A stretch of 64,000 bases of DNA from assembly GCF_001194135.2 (NCBI RefSeq), contig NC_068992.1, positions 18,960,354 to 19,024,353 on the forward strand, written 5' to 3'. Under the pieces are notes generated by a model that saw only the letters and a list, made by a program, of their open reading frames with translations, did no database searches and was not told where the DNA came from. This document shows positions 25,441 to 38,725 of this stretch, piece after piece; position 1 is the stretch's first letter; each line of letters begins with the position of its first letter. This DNA is from Octopus bimaculoides. Taxonomy: Eukaryota. Position numbers and translations under genes: made by a program.

Positions 25441-26878
25441 TATGGTTACATGTAGTATAACTATGCAGTTAATGTACAGAAATAAGACTAAGTAAGTCAA
25501 CCGTAGTGCAAATACAGCAGGAGTGAACTGATGGCGTTTGGAAAGATCCCATTTAACATGTGTAGCAAAAATGAAAGTGTCCAGCAATAGATTTCAAATC
25601 TGAATAATTTAGCAATTGATTTGTCGTTCGAGACACGGACGAAGTGTATGCTAGTAACATAAGAAACAATCTTTGTAGCACTCAAGATCTGTTGCATTGC
25701 TTCATTCGTTAGTCATTTGGGAAATGAAAATTAGTGGAGCCTCAGCATGGTCTTCGATAGAAATATGTGACAAGCCTTTGAATTAAGCTCGGGATACTAA
25801 CATGGATAGAGACTGGCCAAGGACTATCGCAGAGGCGATATAGTACCTTTCTTAAAGACAAGCAGTTGCTTATTAACACAAACTGAATTACAACAAGCTA
25901 GATCTGAAGTGCTTAGGTGGTTGGCCAAACTGCTATTTATAAATAGGAAAATAGGCATATTAAATAAAGTAGTTCTCAATACACCGTAAATAACAAAGAA
26001 CCATGAAGTAACGAATAATATTAATCGATAAATATGAAACAATATTCAGAACCGTGCTTCATTTTGAACGTATGAACAACACTATAACACTTCTTTGATA
26101 ATTTGTGAAAATAAGGACTTCGATATGATATGGGTAGAAACCATTATATAGAAATATAAAAATTAGAGGATTTTAAAATGTGATAACCTGCTTGCTAAAC
26201 CCTTTAAGCTTATTATTCTGGTTATTGCTATTACCAATATTCACCTTTTATTGCATTCTTCAGCAGTTGTAAGAGAGTCAGAAATCTATATGTGTTAAGT
26301 AATTATAAATTATAGGAAAGCATTTACAAAGAATTGCAATTTTACTGCATTTTTATTTCTCTTATAACACATTGTGTTGTTGAGACTTTCGTTTATATTC
26401 TTATCTTAGTGAAATGACGCCTATGAAATATATTCCCGTTCTTCAAATTTGAATACAAGCATGGTCTTGACCGGTAATTACCGCTCTGTCTTCGTTCACA
26501 TCAAATAGAATTCGCAGCATCAGAGGTAGTCTCAGCATACATATTGCAGAGTATGCGTTAAGATAAAAGAGAAGTTCCGCATATAGCCATGATTAAATAA
26601 CGAGCAATACGTTGAGAAAAGCAATTAATAACACCGTCTAATTGAGGGAAGTAAATTAAGTTGATTATATCTAAGTATCTATAATTATGGTGTTCACCAG
26701 TGATATGTTAGTGATACCAGCACTGCTGAACGATATAATTACGGACAGCAGTTCAGGCCGAAATTTATTCGGTAATATCTTTGTGGAAACGTCTCTACAT
26801 AATAACATTAATGTATACANNNNNNNNNNNNNNNNNNNNNNNNNNNNNNNNNNNNNNNNNNNNNNNNNNNNNNNNNNN

Positions 26879-26923
<45 letters not shown>

Positions 26924-28593
26924 ATATATTTGTGCGTGTGTGTGCATATACATATACATGTCTGTATATATATGTATATATATATATATGTATGTTATGT
27001 TTGTGTGTGTGTGTATGTGTGTGTAGGTGTGTGTGTGTGGGTGGGTGGGTGTGTATATGTACGGACAAAACTTGCTTTGAAGAACCATCTCACTTTTAAA
27101 AGAATATTGAAGAAGTGACCCACACTAGCTAGAACATTCCCACACATTTTCAAAGCACCTTTCATATATTGGTCTATAGACAAATTGTTTAATTTTATTC
27201 TTCTTCTGATAAACTGTATGTTGTTCCGACCGTCAATATGAAGTGTAATTCATATTAATTCATTTAACTAAGTGAACGTTCAACTTTCATATAGATTTAC
27301 ACAACCGAAAGCAGCCTAAGAATATACCTGGTACTTAATTATCGATTTCAAAGAATAACTCTCAAATTACCATAACGGGATTTGAAATTAGGAAAGTAAT
27401 TTAATTTGAATAATACATTCTGTTCCACAATTCTTTCTGTCAGAGCATCATGTACTTGATATATATTTCTCCCGTTGATGAATAGCTAAAAGTAACAACG
27501 TCTCAAAATTTATAGCATAACATACTAAAATGCTTTCAGCTGGGAATTTTCTACTGCCTACGGAATTGCATTCGTAATTCTACTTCCCAACCTAACTAGA
27601 CACTATGGATGAAGTCAGCACTTAAATAATCTCTATTTAGGTTCCGTATATCCAAATATCTGTTCTAAATAATCTGCTTCAAATGATATTGTTAAATGTT
27701 GATAATTATAGAATTGGTCTTGTTCCACATGACCAGAAAATTATAATGAAGGTGGAACTTGATGCAAGTTCATGAAATAGAAGCAAGTACATTATCTAAA
27801 ATTTCCTTAATGAAATCAGAGAAATGAATTATCAGGTCAATCAGAGAAGGATTTGATCTCAATATAATTAGAAGGAAACCTACGTTCTGAAGACTCTTGC
27901 CAAAACTTTGTATTCACATCCAGCGACGGCTTGGAAACGACACAGATACATGACTGGAAGTTGCTAGTTCTCTCAATATAAAACGGGTGGAAATCAAAAT
28001 TTATATCCGTGGTAATATGAAACATTCTTTCGGTTAATCACTAAACATAGAGACACCATAACTTAGTTGAATGTAAATGCGGAAATATGAACTTGCATAA
28101 TCTGAAAGCAAAACTTGTTTAGCGAAAGATTTTCTTTATTTATTTATCTAGAGAGTGAAAAAGAATTCAGTCTCATGTACCAATTTAAATAGATCACCAC
28201 TTCTTTTTGCAAAATTTAAAATTTTTAAATCTGTCCCTAGTCAAATTCCATTCTATAGAAGAGAATGTAGGGAATTGTCTCGACGCTAAAACATTAAAAA
28301 AAAAATGGCGAAACTATTGGAATAAAGACAAAAGTCGATATTTGAGTTAATAAATCCCTCTACAAGTAAAATTCATAATAAATTTACTGCTATCAATAGT
28401 TTCCTTTGCATAAAGATTATGATTTACGTACCTTTACCGACCTTCATATTTGTAAATCAGAAAATCATGGACAGAAAAGGAAGATCTCTGAAACCATGAT
28501 TCCGCTAGATCTGAAGATATTTCGGGGAAATCATTCAGAAATTCTAATCATCTGATGATTGACACAATATTTGTTCGATCATCATCATCATTA

Positions 28594-28688
28594 TCGATGA
28601 ATTAAGTACCAGTTGAACACTGGGATCGATGTAATCGACACACCCCTTCCCTCAAAATGGCTACCCTTGTGACAAAATTTGAAACCAA

Positions 28689-28756
<68 letters not shown>

Positions 28757-28788
28757 CTGTTGTTGTTGTTGTTATTGTTATTATTATT
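28594..28788 (+). mobile_element. SINE family B 3' half with (TTA)n/(GTT)n tail
   Basis: TCGATGAATTAAGTACCAGTTGAACACTGGGATCGATGTAATCGAC..CAAAATTTGAAACCAACA, followed by a microsatellite tail. Confidence 0.8.
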
Positions 28789-28824
28789 AAGACGATAAAC
28801 AATAAATAAGGAGAAATCAAGAAG

Positions 28825-29130
28825 AGTGGCTTGAGACCGGATATCGTACTCCGTTCATATTTTGATTGAACTCACAGTGCCGTTTGAAAGTAGAATAGAA
28901 AAAGCACTCGCGTTCAAGACCGAAATACGGCGACAACTTGGGTGAGGCAAAAAACTCCCGAGTTCAGGTTCACGCCATAGAAGTTTGGAGCCAGAGGTTT
29001 TGTGGGCAAATCTGCCTACGATCTAATGGAACAACTTTCAGTCTCCGAGAAAAAAAGATCCAAAACTCTAAAGGCAATGTCAGAGGCAGCGGACAGATGA
29101 TTCAACTGAAACTGGTCGCGGAGGATTAAA
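28825..29130 (+). mobile_element. 3' fragment of a HERO/NeSL-like RLE LINE
   Basis: SGLRPDIVL, ILIELTVPFESRIEKA and AIEV-GARGFVGKSAYDLMEQL..KAMSEAADR. This is the PD..ELTVP..EVGxRGF pattern of the RLE domain, and it is frameshifted. Confidence 0.8.
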
Positions 29131-29771
29131 AACGACCTTCATATTGTTTGAAGGCAAATATACTTGCATTTTTACGCTAAGGGAAATAACTCTGTGGTCG
29201 AAACAACCTGAATATGACTACTTATTTCTCTTCTTCGTAGGTTTTCTATTTCTTTAGTAATATAGCACTTAACGGTTTCCTTTGATCCTCCTGCTCGACC
29301 AATTCTCTTCCGCTTTTATTGACTGTAATTACTTCTTTTTCTCTCTCTTCATCTCTCATTAGCTCTTTTCCTTTTCTTTCCTTATTAGACAAAAGCAAAT
29401 TTAAAACAATTTCCATAAGGAACGTCCGTGTTTTAGTTCAAGAACAAAACATATCGCAATTTTGACAGCTGCCCACCGAAATGTAAATATTCTATGTAAA
29501 GCAAGTACTTTTCATAGTTTGCGCTTTGCCTTGTTATAGCATTTAAGCTTATTCAATCTTTTCTTCTTCTTCTTTTCTCTCCTTCATTCTTTAACTTTTT
29601 CTGTTTCTCTTTCGCACTCATTGTTTGTCTGTATGTACAGAGACGCGCGCACACACGCACACACACACGCACACATACATATATGTGTGTATGTGCGTGT
29701 CTACGAACTTACAAACGTATATAGAAATATAATTGTATAAACACATATAGGCTCACAGACAGGTATGCAAT

Positions 29772-29809
<38 letters not shown>

Positions 29810-29842
29810 ACTCCCTCACACACGCTCACATACACACACAGA

Positions 29843-29884
<42 letters not shown>

Positions 29885-29956
29885 TACACTTTAAATAATA
29901 TTTACGTTTCCGCTTATGTATTAATATTTAGTTATTTACGTAACATATTAATATTA

Positions 29957-30159
29957 TTTTCTACTCTAAGCAAAGGCCCGAAATTTGAGGGGAGGGGGCC
30001 AGTCGATTAGATCTACCTCATTACACAACTGCTACTTAATTTATGGAATCCGAAAGGATAAGTCGACCACGGCGGAATTTGAACTCAGAACGTAAAGATG
30101 ACGAAATACCTCTAAGCATTTCGCACGGTGTGCTAATATTTCCGCCAGTTCGCCGCCTT
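29957..30159 (-). mobile_element. tRNA-derived SINE, family B (full length)
   Basis: TTTTCTACTC..GGCCCGAAATTTGAGGGGAGGGGGCCAGTCGATTAGATC..GGCGGAATTTGAACTCAGAACG..GCCAGTTCGCCGCCTT. Confidence 0.9.
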
Positions 30160-30172
30160 TAAATATAATATA

Positions 30173-30308
30173 TTCTTTTCTACTCTCGGCACAAGGCCCG
30201 AAAGTTTTGGGTAGGGGGCCAGTCGATTAGATCGACCTCAGTACACTACTGGTACTTGATTTATCGACTCTGAAAGGAGAAAGGCAAAGTCGACCTCGGC
30301 GGAATTTT
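30173..30308 (-). mobile_element. SINE family B, head-truncated tandem neighbour
   Basis: TTCTTTTCTACTCTCGGCACAAGGCCCG..AAAGGCAAAGTCGACCTCGGCGGAATTT. Confidence 0.88.
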
Positions 30309-32039
30309 GTAACAAATTAATATAAAAATAACTATTTAAAAGCGTATTTTATTTATAATATAATTCCATGAACACTTAGTAAACATTCTGATATTTCGGG
30401 AACAAACAAATGTTTTGGATCTTATAAAGAGTGCAGAATAGACTTTATCTTTTATTTTTACTAATTCGTATTGGTTAACATTTGAAACAGGTTCTGGGAA
30501 ATACTGAATGAGGTCATTTCTCATCAGTGGAAACAGCTAGCATTTCTTCTTTCCTACGTGAGGAGAGGAAATTTGGAAAAGAAAATTATACATTTAGACG
30601 TAACCAATACAGATACAGGATGACTAATGTGAAGAACGTTCGGATTTTCAAAAGAATCTTTTTCTCGAATTATTTTTCTGTTCCAGTGATTTCAGAGGCA
30701 AGTTGAAAGTGTGAGAAAATATGCACTAATTAATTTGAAATATGACAATGAAAATAATTAATTTAAAGAATTCGGAAAATATGCAAACACCTGGTGGATT
30801 TATGCAATTCTTTTGAAGTGATAATTTTACGCTAAGAGATCTCTTTTATGAACCATCAACACATTATAGCTCTATTTCAACAACCAAATAGAATTTCAAT
30901 TTATATAATCATGCGTGTGAATCTACATCTATGCATTCATACATTTATATATATATATATACATACTTATGTGTATATATATNNNNNNNNNNNNNNNNNN
31001 NNNNNNNNNNNNNNNNNNNNNNNNNNNNNNNNNNNNNNNNNNNNNNNNNNNNNNNNNNNNNNNNNNNNNNNNNNNNNNNNNNNNNNNNNNNNNNNNNNNN
31101 NNNNNNNNNNNNNNNNNNNNNNNNNNNNNNNNNNNNNNNNNNNNNNNNNNNNNNNTATATATATATATATATATATTTATGTATATACATACATATATAG
31201 GTATGTGTATGTATTTATGATCATGCAAGCATACACACTCGTATTATTATGCGGTTAATATATGCACATAGGTTCGAGTTTTAGACCTGCTTCTGCTGAT
31301 AATTATGCTTCCTTTCAACACACAAATGTTATTATACACTTACATACCCGTGTACAACACATGTGCATGACATCATATCATATATCTAATAATATACATA
31401 CATACATACATACGTATATATATATATATGTGTGTGTGTGTGTGCGTGTGTGTGTCTGTGTGTGTGTGTGTGTTTTGTGTTCCATTATATGTAGGATTAA
31501 CAGAAGAAAACAAAAGTAACTTTCACTTATTCATTTGCAATATTAAGAGGTGCTTAAGATATAATAATATCGATGCCGCATTCCTTAACACCAGGTTTCC
31601 CTAAAAGCATTCAGCCATTAGCTAAAGGTTTCCATTTAGATAATGCTCTTGAAGCCTTTAATTTTTTTACAATCATTTCGAAACCATCAAGCTATATATT
31701 CTCTTTGACAGATGAAATATGTATCGCCTTCATATATGATATAATCCATCCCTTAAAATTTTGTTTAACCCTGAGCCAATATAACTATTTTGTATCATCT
31801 GTCATTCATCTTCAATATTCAGAAATTCAATATGTATTTCTCTATTTGCATTTAAAATCCAAAATATTCTGCATATTGTTTGCTCGAGATAAGGTGCTAT
31901 TTCTTTGTCTATATTCTTCAATAATGGTGCTATAAACCCATGAGAGATTCGTTGGCGGTCTTAAAGACACTATCACATGAGTCATAGCTCGCAGCTTTGA
32001 CCAGTTGATCCCTATTCAAAATGGATATTTGAATCTCTT

Positions 32040-33760
32040 ACAGGAGGTGCTGACTATTGCATATCGTTCTTAACACTAGTCAAACCCCTGCTAGTGACAT
32101 TTATATAGCTGTTCAGTCATTTTGTCATTGGTAAACGAAATGCAAATGCGGAGAGTAACAGTAAGAAATAGAAACAGAGGACAGGCACAGATGTATCAGC
32201 TTAGAAAATGTTTATGAAGTTGTGTAAAATTTTGTCTGTTTAAAGAAGACACCTTAATACTCAAACAAATTTTTCGCCAAATATACTTGGTCATCATCAG
32301 ATAAGGAACATATCGCAAGCAAGTAGATTATATTTTGATAAAGAGGAATGGTAAAAACTTCCTTGTTAGATTTTAGAACATACTGATTTACATATCCTGG
32401 AAGTGACTATAAGTTTGTAATAGAAATAATTCAGTTACAGCTATCCAAAGCTAAAAGGGTGAACTTAAAAGTTTGTGTATAGACATTTTGGATGATGTTA
32501 GAAATAAATATGAATTTATAATTGAATATTGGAATATATTTGTACAGCTTGGAGCTATAGATGAAGGAGCCATCGATGGTGCGTGGGAAGAAGGGAAGAA
32601 GGAAAGAAAGAATATAACTGTGTTGTGGGCAGAAAATGTGAATAAAAAGGAAAATGGATTTCACTTGAAATGTGTAGTACAAAAAGAACAACGGCAAATT
32701 GTTGAATTTTCCAGAGGGAATGAGAAAGACTTTCAAGTTTAAATGGTTAAATATTTTAGCCACACAGAAAATAAAGAGGTGAAAAGGTGTTCATGAAAAT
32801 ATACAGAACATTGGTTAGAAATGAATGCCGAAGAAGTAAGAATCACCAAAGTTTATGGAATAATAAATAAGATTACAGATGCAGTAATGATATATAACAA
32901 GGTGTCTGTGTTGAGTACTAGTAAAAAGTTAATCTCAACTATAAAGACGGAAGAACATGTTAGTTCGTTCACATGTAGTTTACAGGGAAAGTACTTTGGA
33001 AATTTCTAAGTCTAAAAGGAGCTAGAAATATCAAGAGCCATTGAACAATGTAAACACGAAAGGCTTCGCTGACTTGCTAACAACAGATAATGACATAAGT
33101 GTAGAAGCATTATTGGAGCTCTTTCGTAATATATGGAACATTTAAAAGATATTTGGAGATTAGATCCTCGGTGTAAAGACTAGGGTACATAAACAAGGGA
33201 TCTAAAACATTGTCATTATTGAAAGGAAATAAAAATAGATGGCAGAGGTTAAGGAGGGATCCAAGACAATGTAGTTATTGGAAGGAAACACGAATAGGTA
33301 ACATAGTATTGAAAGTCATCAGTGTAGTACGTCTAAATAGGATTCGGATTGCAGTGGAAGGTCTACGGACTGCTAAAGCAATTTACTGGTGATCACGATG
33401 CTGTAGAAACCCGATATTTATATTCACGCATATTATTCTACAATATGTCGGATTTTGACACCCATTTAATTAGCTTATTTGGATTTGCATAATGCCTTTG
33501 ATACTATATATTTGATTGCACCTTGGAAGGTACCTTACTACAATGACTCGCAGGAAAATTATAACAATCTATGCAATACACATGGGAACTAAACGTCAAG
33601 TAAACGTAGATGGTCAGCGCTAAAATGAATTTAAAATCAAGAATGGTTTGTTGGAAAGATGTCCTTTATATCTCCCTTTCCTTGCTGTTAAAAAAATAAT
33701 TACTCAGGAAAATTCATAGGGTGGAGCAAAAGAATTGGGTGGATATATCGAAAGTATTTG
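32040..33760 (+). mobile_element. Decayed RTE-like LINE: APE endonuclease plus N-terminal reverse transcriptase
   Basis: Plus frames give IGKRNANAE, YTWSSSD..QVDYILIKR and PGSDYKFV (APE C-terminus). They continue as RCCRNPIFIFTHII, LAYLDLHNAFDTI and NVDGQR*NEFKIKNGLLERCPL (RT subdomains). Many frameshifts are present. Confidence 0.8.
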
Positions 33761-34123
33761 GCGGGTTTGTATTAAAACTGATGAGGAATCTGTTTGCTAT
33801 TGGTGTTTACTTTTTTCATTTTATTCCTTCTCTCTGTATTTCTTACCATTTTTCTCTATCACATGACTTTGTAAATGAACACTCTGGTGTCTCTGTTTTA
33901 GTGGCCTACCAATGTATACAGTGAGTTTCTCTGCCCTACGTGTCGGGGAGACATGCGACAAGAAATGGAGACAGAATTGAAAGACGAATGATAATAATAA
34001 TATTAGAGTTTTAGCATGCACAAAAAGCTGCTCTATTAAGGACAGAAGGGAATTTGAGGATGGTAACTAGGTGTTAAGTATCTTACACAATATTTAATAT
34101 CTAGGTACCAATTCTTATAATTC

Positions 34124-34257
34124 GTGGACTTTGCCTTTCATCCTATCGTGGTCGATAAATTAAGTACCGGTGAAACACTGGGGTCGATGTAATCGACTAC
34201 TACGCACCCCGCAAATCTCAGGCCTTGTGCCTTTAGACGAAAAGATTATTATTATTA
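34124..34257 (+). mobile_element. SINE family B 3' half whose (ATT)n tail abuts the Dong-like LINE
   Basis: GGACTTTGCCTTTCATCCTATCGTGGTCGATAAATTAAGTACC..CTGGGGTCGATGTAATCGAC..GGCCTTGTGCC..GAAAAGATTATTATT. Confidence 0.88.
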
Positions 34258-34860
34258 TATGAAAATTCACAGCTTATTTTGCTGGACATGATGGAAAGTG
34301 ACAACTGTCCACAGCCAGCAGTGTAAGGTGACGCTTGTTAACTGATCATGCTTCAAGAACCCTGCGAAGAATTCTTGTAGTCCCAAACAATGTTGCTTTT
34401 TGTAGGTGTTCTACCTTCGCGCTTGCACCAATATTTTTCAGCTATGTTGGTAGTTGAATGACGATACTTCCAAGTGCACCAATTACTACTGTTATCACGG
34501 CTAGTCTCTTCATTGACCACAACCATCATATCTTCCACTTCAAATCGTCATAGTTATTTATTTTTTTCTCCTTTTTTCGCATTGATCCTGTTTTCACCGA
34601 GGCATGCATTGTCTTTCTTTTTTTTCCACCACAACAATATCCGGTTTCCGATGTCTGGTCGGCTGGTTTCATTTTCGGTAACTCCTTCTGGAGTTTGTAC
34701 ATACTACCTCTTTGCACTTTGTAGGCCGTGATTTCCACAGAGCTCCCAATGGATTAATCTTGCCACATTGTCATAGCATCTTTTGTATTTGCGTTGTGTC
34801 AATTTAGGGCAATTGCTAACGATGTGCCATACTATTTCACTCCTCTCCCCACACATTCTT
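34258..34860 (-). mobile_element. 5'-truncated R4/Dong-like LINE (CCHC plus restriction-like endonuclease and 3' UTR)
   Basis: RMCGERSEIVWHIVSNCPKLTQRKYKRCYDNVARLIHWELC (CCHC), HRKPDIVVVEKK (PD motif) and VVIGALGS...LQKATLFGTTRILRRVLEA* (stop 34346-8). A short UTR follows and ends in (TAA)n. Confidence 0.88.
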
Positions 34861-34912
34861 GTTATTATTATTATTATTATTATTATTGTTATTATTATTA
34901 TTAATAATAATA

Positions 34913-34998
<86 letters not shown>
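34861..34998. repeat. Inverted trinucleotide junction (TTA)n followed by (AAT)n
   Basis: The switch is at 34902/34903 (..ATTATTAATAAT..). Confidence 0.97.
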
Positions 34999-35000
<2 letters not shown>

Positions 35001-35479
35001 TGATATCCATGTTAATGAATGTTCTATTATTTATTAGTTGTAATATTTCCGAAGTTTTCTTGATAAATGCAGTGAGAAATCAAATTAGGTTGAGATTGTT
35101 AGAGTATTATTAATGGAGGTAGTTAGGAGCCATAGATTTATCGAATAGTTAAAAGACAGAGACCACAGAAAAGGTAAAAAAAAAAGAATTAAAAAAAAAC
35201 AAGGGTGAGAGAGAGAGGGACAGAAAGGAAGAAAAGGAGAGCCTGAACGAATGAATGAAACATTAAGAAATGGCGACGTTGTCATTTATTTGTTTATTTA
35301 TTTTTTGTATTTTTGTATTTTCACCGAATTTTCTTTTCCGCTTACATTGATTTCTATATTTTGTTTTATGATATATATTCATTTATTTTATTCGTTTCCT
35401 TTACACTTCACTGGGAATCAACCAAAATTTAGTCAGTTGCACAGCATTATATCAGAAACAGCTGTTTACTGATTGATGA

Positions 35480-35621
35480 TCAGCAATACACACATACATA
35501 AATATATGTACACAAACACACACACACACACACGCACACATATGCACACACACGCACACATATGCACACACACACCTGTGTATGTATGTACATGTATATG
35601 CGTTTCTGTGTATGTATGCGT

Positions 35622-35679
<58 letters not shown>

Positions 35680-35694
35680 TCACACACACACATG

Positions 35695-35768
<74 letters not shown>

Positions 35769-35800
35769 TGTGTATGTGTATGTGTGTGTCTTTGTGTGTG
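35480..35800. repeat. Compound (CA)n/(TA)n/(TG)n microsatellite block
   Basis: Directly visible. Confidence 0.95.
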
Positions 35801-36186
35801 GGGGTGTGTATGTATAATTGTAAGTGTACCTATACATGCGCATGAATTTGCATGTGTGCATATGCTTATCTAAGCGTAGAGGGAAAATGGCGTATGAGAA
35901 TGGATATCGTTCTGAAGGTAAACGTATGTTAATAAAAAGTGTGCTTCGGGGAAGATTAAAATGACGTGATTCTGAATAAATATGACTAAAGAGACAGAAA
36001 AAGAGAATCATTTGTCATGGGTTGGCGGGGAAATGCGAAAAGAAATAGTTAACTTGTGATAGAGATGATGTTTATTAGAGAAGGGCTGGAGTATGTGTGT
36101 ATATGTATCTATAATATATATACTTATACACACATTCATAAGTACATATATATGTATATATATATATACATATATAAGTATACATG

Positions 36187-36217
<31 letters not shown>

Positions 36218-36532
36218 NNNNNNNNNNNNNNNNNNNNNNNNNNNNNNNNNNNNNNNNNNNNNNNNNNNNNNNNNNNNNNNNNNNNNNNNNNNNNNNNNNN
36301 NNNNNNNNNNNNNNNNNNNNNNNNNNNNNNNNNNNNNNNNNNNNNNNNNNNNNNNNNNNNNNNNNNNNNNNNNNNNNNNNNNNNNNNNNNNNNNNNNNNN
36401 NNNNNNNNNNNNNNNNNNNNNNNNNNNNNNNNNNNNNNNNNNNNNNNNNNNNNNNNNNNNNNNNNNNNNNNNNNNNNNNNNNNNNNNNNNNNNNNNNNNN
36501 NNNNNNNNNNNNNNNNNNNNNNNNNNNNNNNN

Positions 36533-36602
<70 letters not shown>

Positions 36603-38680
36603 GGCGAATAGTAACAACTTTTCCTCAAACTTCTTATTTATTTAAATATTAATAGCCCATTAAGCCGGACAGAGCCTGCATTTTGTGGTCTTTAACAAAC
36701 TGACCGTACAAAACACTCCCCTGGGGTGGACACTTGTCAGTCACCTGATAGGACCTCGAACTGCTACTAATATAATTTTCAAATGATTTATCTAAATGAC
36801 ATATAAGGAAGACCCGTGACTAAAGTCGTAGCTCTGTTCAAGAATCGATACTATTACCTGAGAAGCATATACTAAACAACATTCAGTCAATACATATATT
36901 GAGTCAATATAGAAAACGTGTAGTAGTACTCAAATAATTTGAACCTACATTTCGTTGTTTTTATGGAGGGCCGAATGCATGGAGTAAAGTAGGGGTGGGT
37001 ATAAGAGGAATACCCTGGATTTGATTTGGAGATCATGATGAAAATAAACACGCTTGGGCTTGATACATAAAATATACATACATATAGGCATGTAAATTTA
37101 TATATATANNNNNNNNNNNNNNNNNNNNNNNNNNNNNNNNNNNNNNNNNNNNNNNNNNNNNNNNNNNNNNNNNNNNNNNNNNNNNNNNNNNNNNNNNNNN
37201 NNNNNNNNNNNNNNNNNNNNNNNNNNNNNNNNNNNNNNNNNNNNNNNNNNNNNNNNNNNNNNNNNNNNNNNNNNNNNNNNNNNNNNNNNNNNNNNNNNNN
37301 NNNNNNNNNNNNNNNNNNNNNNNNNNNNNNNNNNNNNNNNNNNNNNNNNNNNNNNNNNNNNNNNNNNNAAAGAGAGAGATAGAGAGAAAGAAAAACAGAG
37401 AGAGAGAGAGTTAGAGCGTGTATTTATTTGCATCACTCTCTCTTCACCCAAACACATTCACACACATACATAACTCAAATTTACAGAAAACGAAAGACGA
37501 AGGCTGATGAAGGAAAGAGAAGCAGGTGTATTAGTTTGGAACACAGGAAGGATGGAAAAGTTTTTGACGTTTCGAGCCTCGGCTTATCGCTAGAAATGGT
37601 TGAGAGGAAAAAAAAATGGAGTGAGAAAGAAAAACAACAGCAAAAACAAAAACAAAAATGGAGAGAGACACAAAACAGCTTTAACCATTGTATATGAAGC
37701 AACTAATATTTATAGCCACATCCACTTCGATTAATACGCTTGAAAATGATTTATTTCATGTCACTTATGTGCTTACGAAGAACACAATATACGTGTGTGC
37801 GCCCGCACGTATGTGCACGCGTGCGTCTCTAAGCATGTGTATGTGTGTGTGTGTGTTTCGTTCATATACATTATGTTCCTTGTCATCTCTTTCGGAATGG
37901 TTGAGAATTTTTTTCTTTCCTTTGCAAACGTGGCGTATTATTAAACATTTTTTTTTGGGGGGGGGGGTCTCCAAGCATTCGCTCTTTTCTATTCTGTCTA
38001 TCTTTCACTGCTCAATTTAAACGTTAATACTGTTATTCCTGATACTGTACCAGGTAGATCCCTCTGCATGTTTAAGTTTAATGACGAAATCATTTTACGA
38101 TACTTTGAGAGAAAACTGTTCGACCGAATGAGCTCTTCCCTATTGAACCAAGTATAAGAAGTCCTGTTTACTTGCCCCATTGATAATATAGAACTGTTCA
38201 GAACCCTGAACAAGCCTTACTTCCATTTTTTAAATTGATATCCTTGTCTTCTTATAGAGCCAGTCTATTTACACTCCAAAGCAGAGAGGAAACAGAATCT
38301 TATGGACAACGGACAACGGACAACGTCATAGACGCATTCCTCGTTGCCGTGTACATAAAACTGAATCCACATGGAGTAGGTCTCTAAAAGCAGCCCAGAT
38401 TTTTTTTTCCAGATCAATATATGATGGAAATCTGGAGTTTGCTCTCCAAATCTATAGAGACACAAGCTTGGAAACGTTTATCATCCGGGTTGGCTTATTT
38501 AAAAGTAGCCGGTGTATAGGCTGGATCTGGAAAGTAGAGTTCTATATGCTGTTATCAAGCCATCAGTCACCACTATACATACATTTGAGTGTCTAGTATC
38601 CTACCTTTCCATCTTCCTGGTGCAACTATGAAGTCTCGTTAAGATGGATCAGCGGTAAAACGGCATTTGGGATAGTTATG

Positions 38681-38725
<45 letters not shown>

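Noticed and set aside
29957-30308. Repeated roughly 30-bp motifs at semi-regular spacing, superficially CRISPR-like (also at 50076-50433)
   Set aside because: These are tandem SINE copies in a eukaryotic genome, with no repeat-spacer array and no cas genes.
31573-31935. 120-aa + strand ORF (MPHSLTPGFP...)
   Set aside because: It has AT-driven F/I/L/Y composition, no recognisable motif and no convincing splice structure. It is probably chance.
32431-32763. 110-aa minus-strand hydrophobic ORF
   Set aside because: It is the antisense shadow of the RTE LINE relic on the + strand.
37500-37610. GACGTTTCGAGC-containing segment reminiscent of Penelope termini
   Set aside because: Too short, with no associated coding remnant to support a call.
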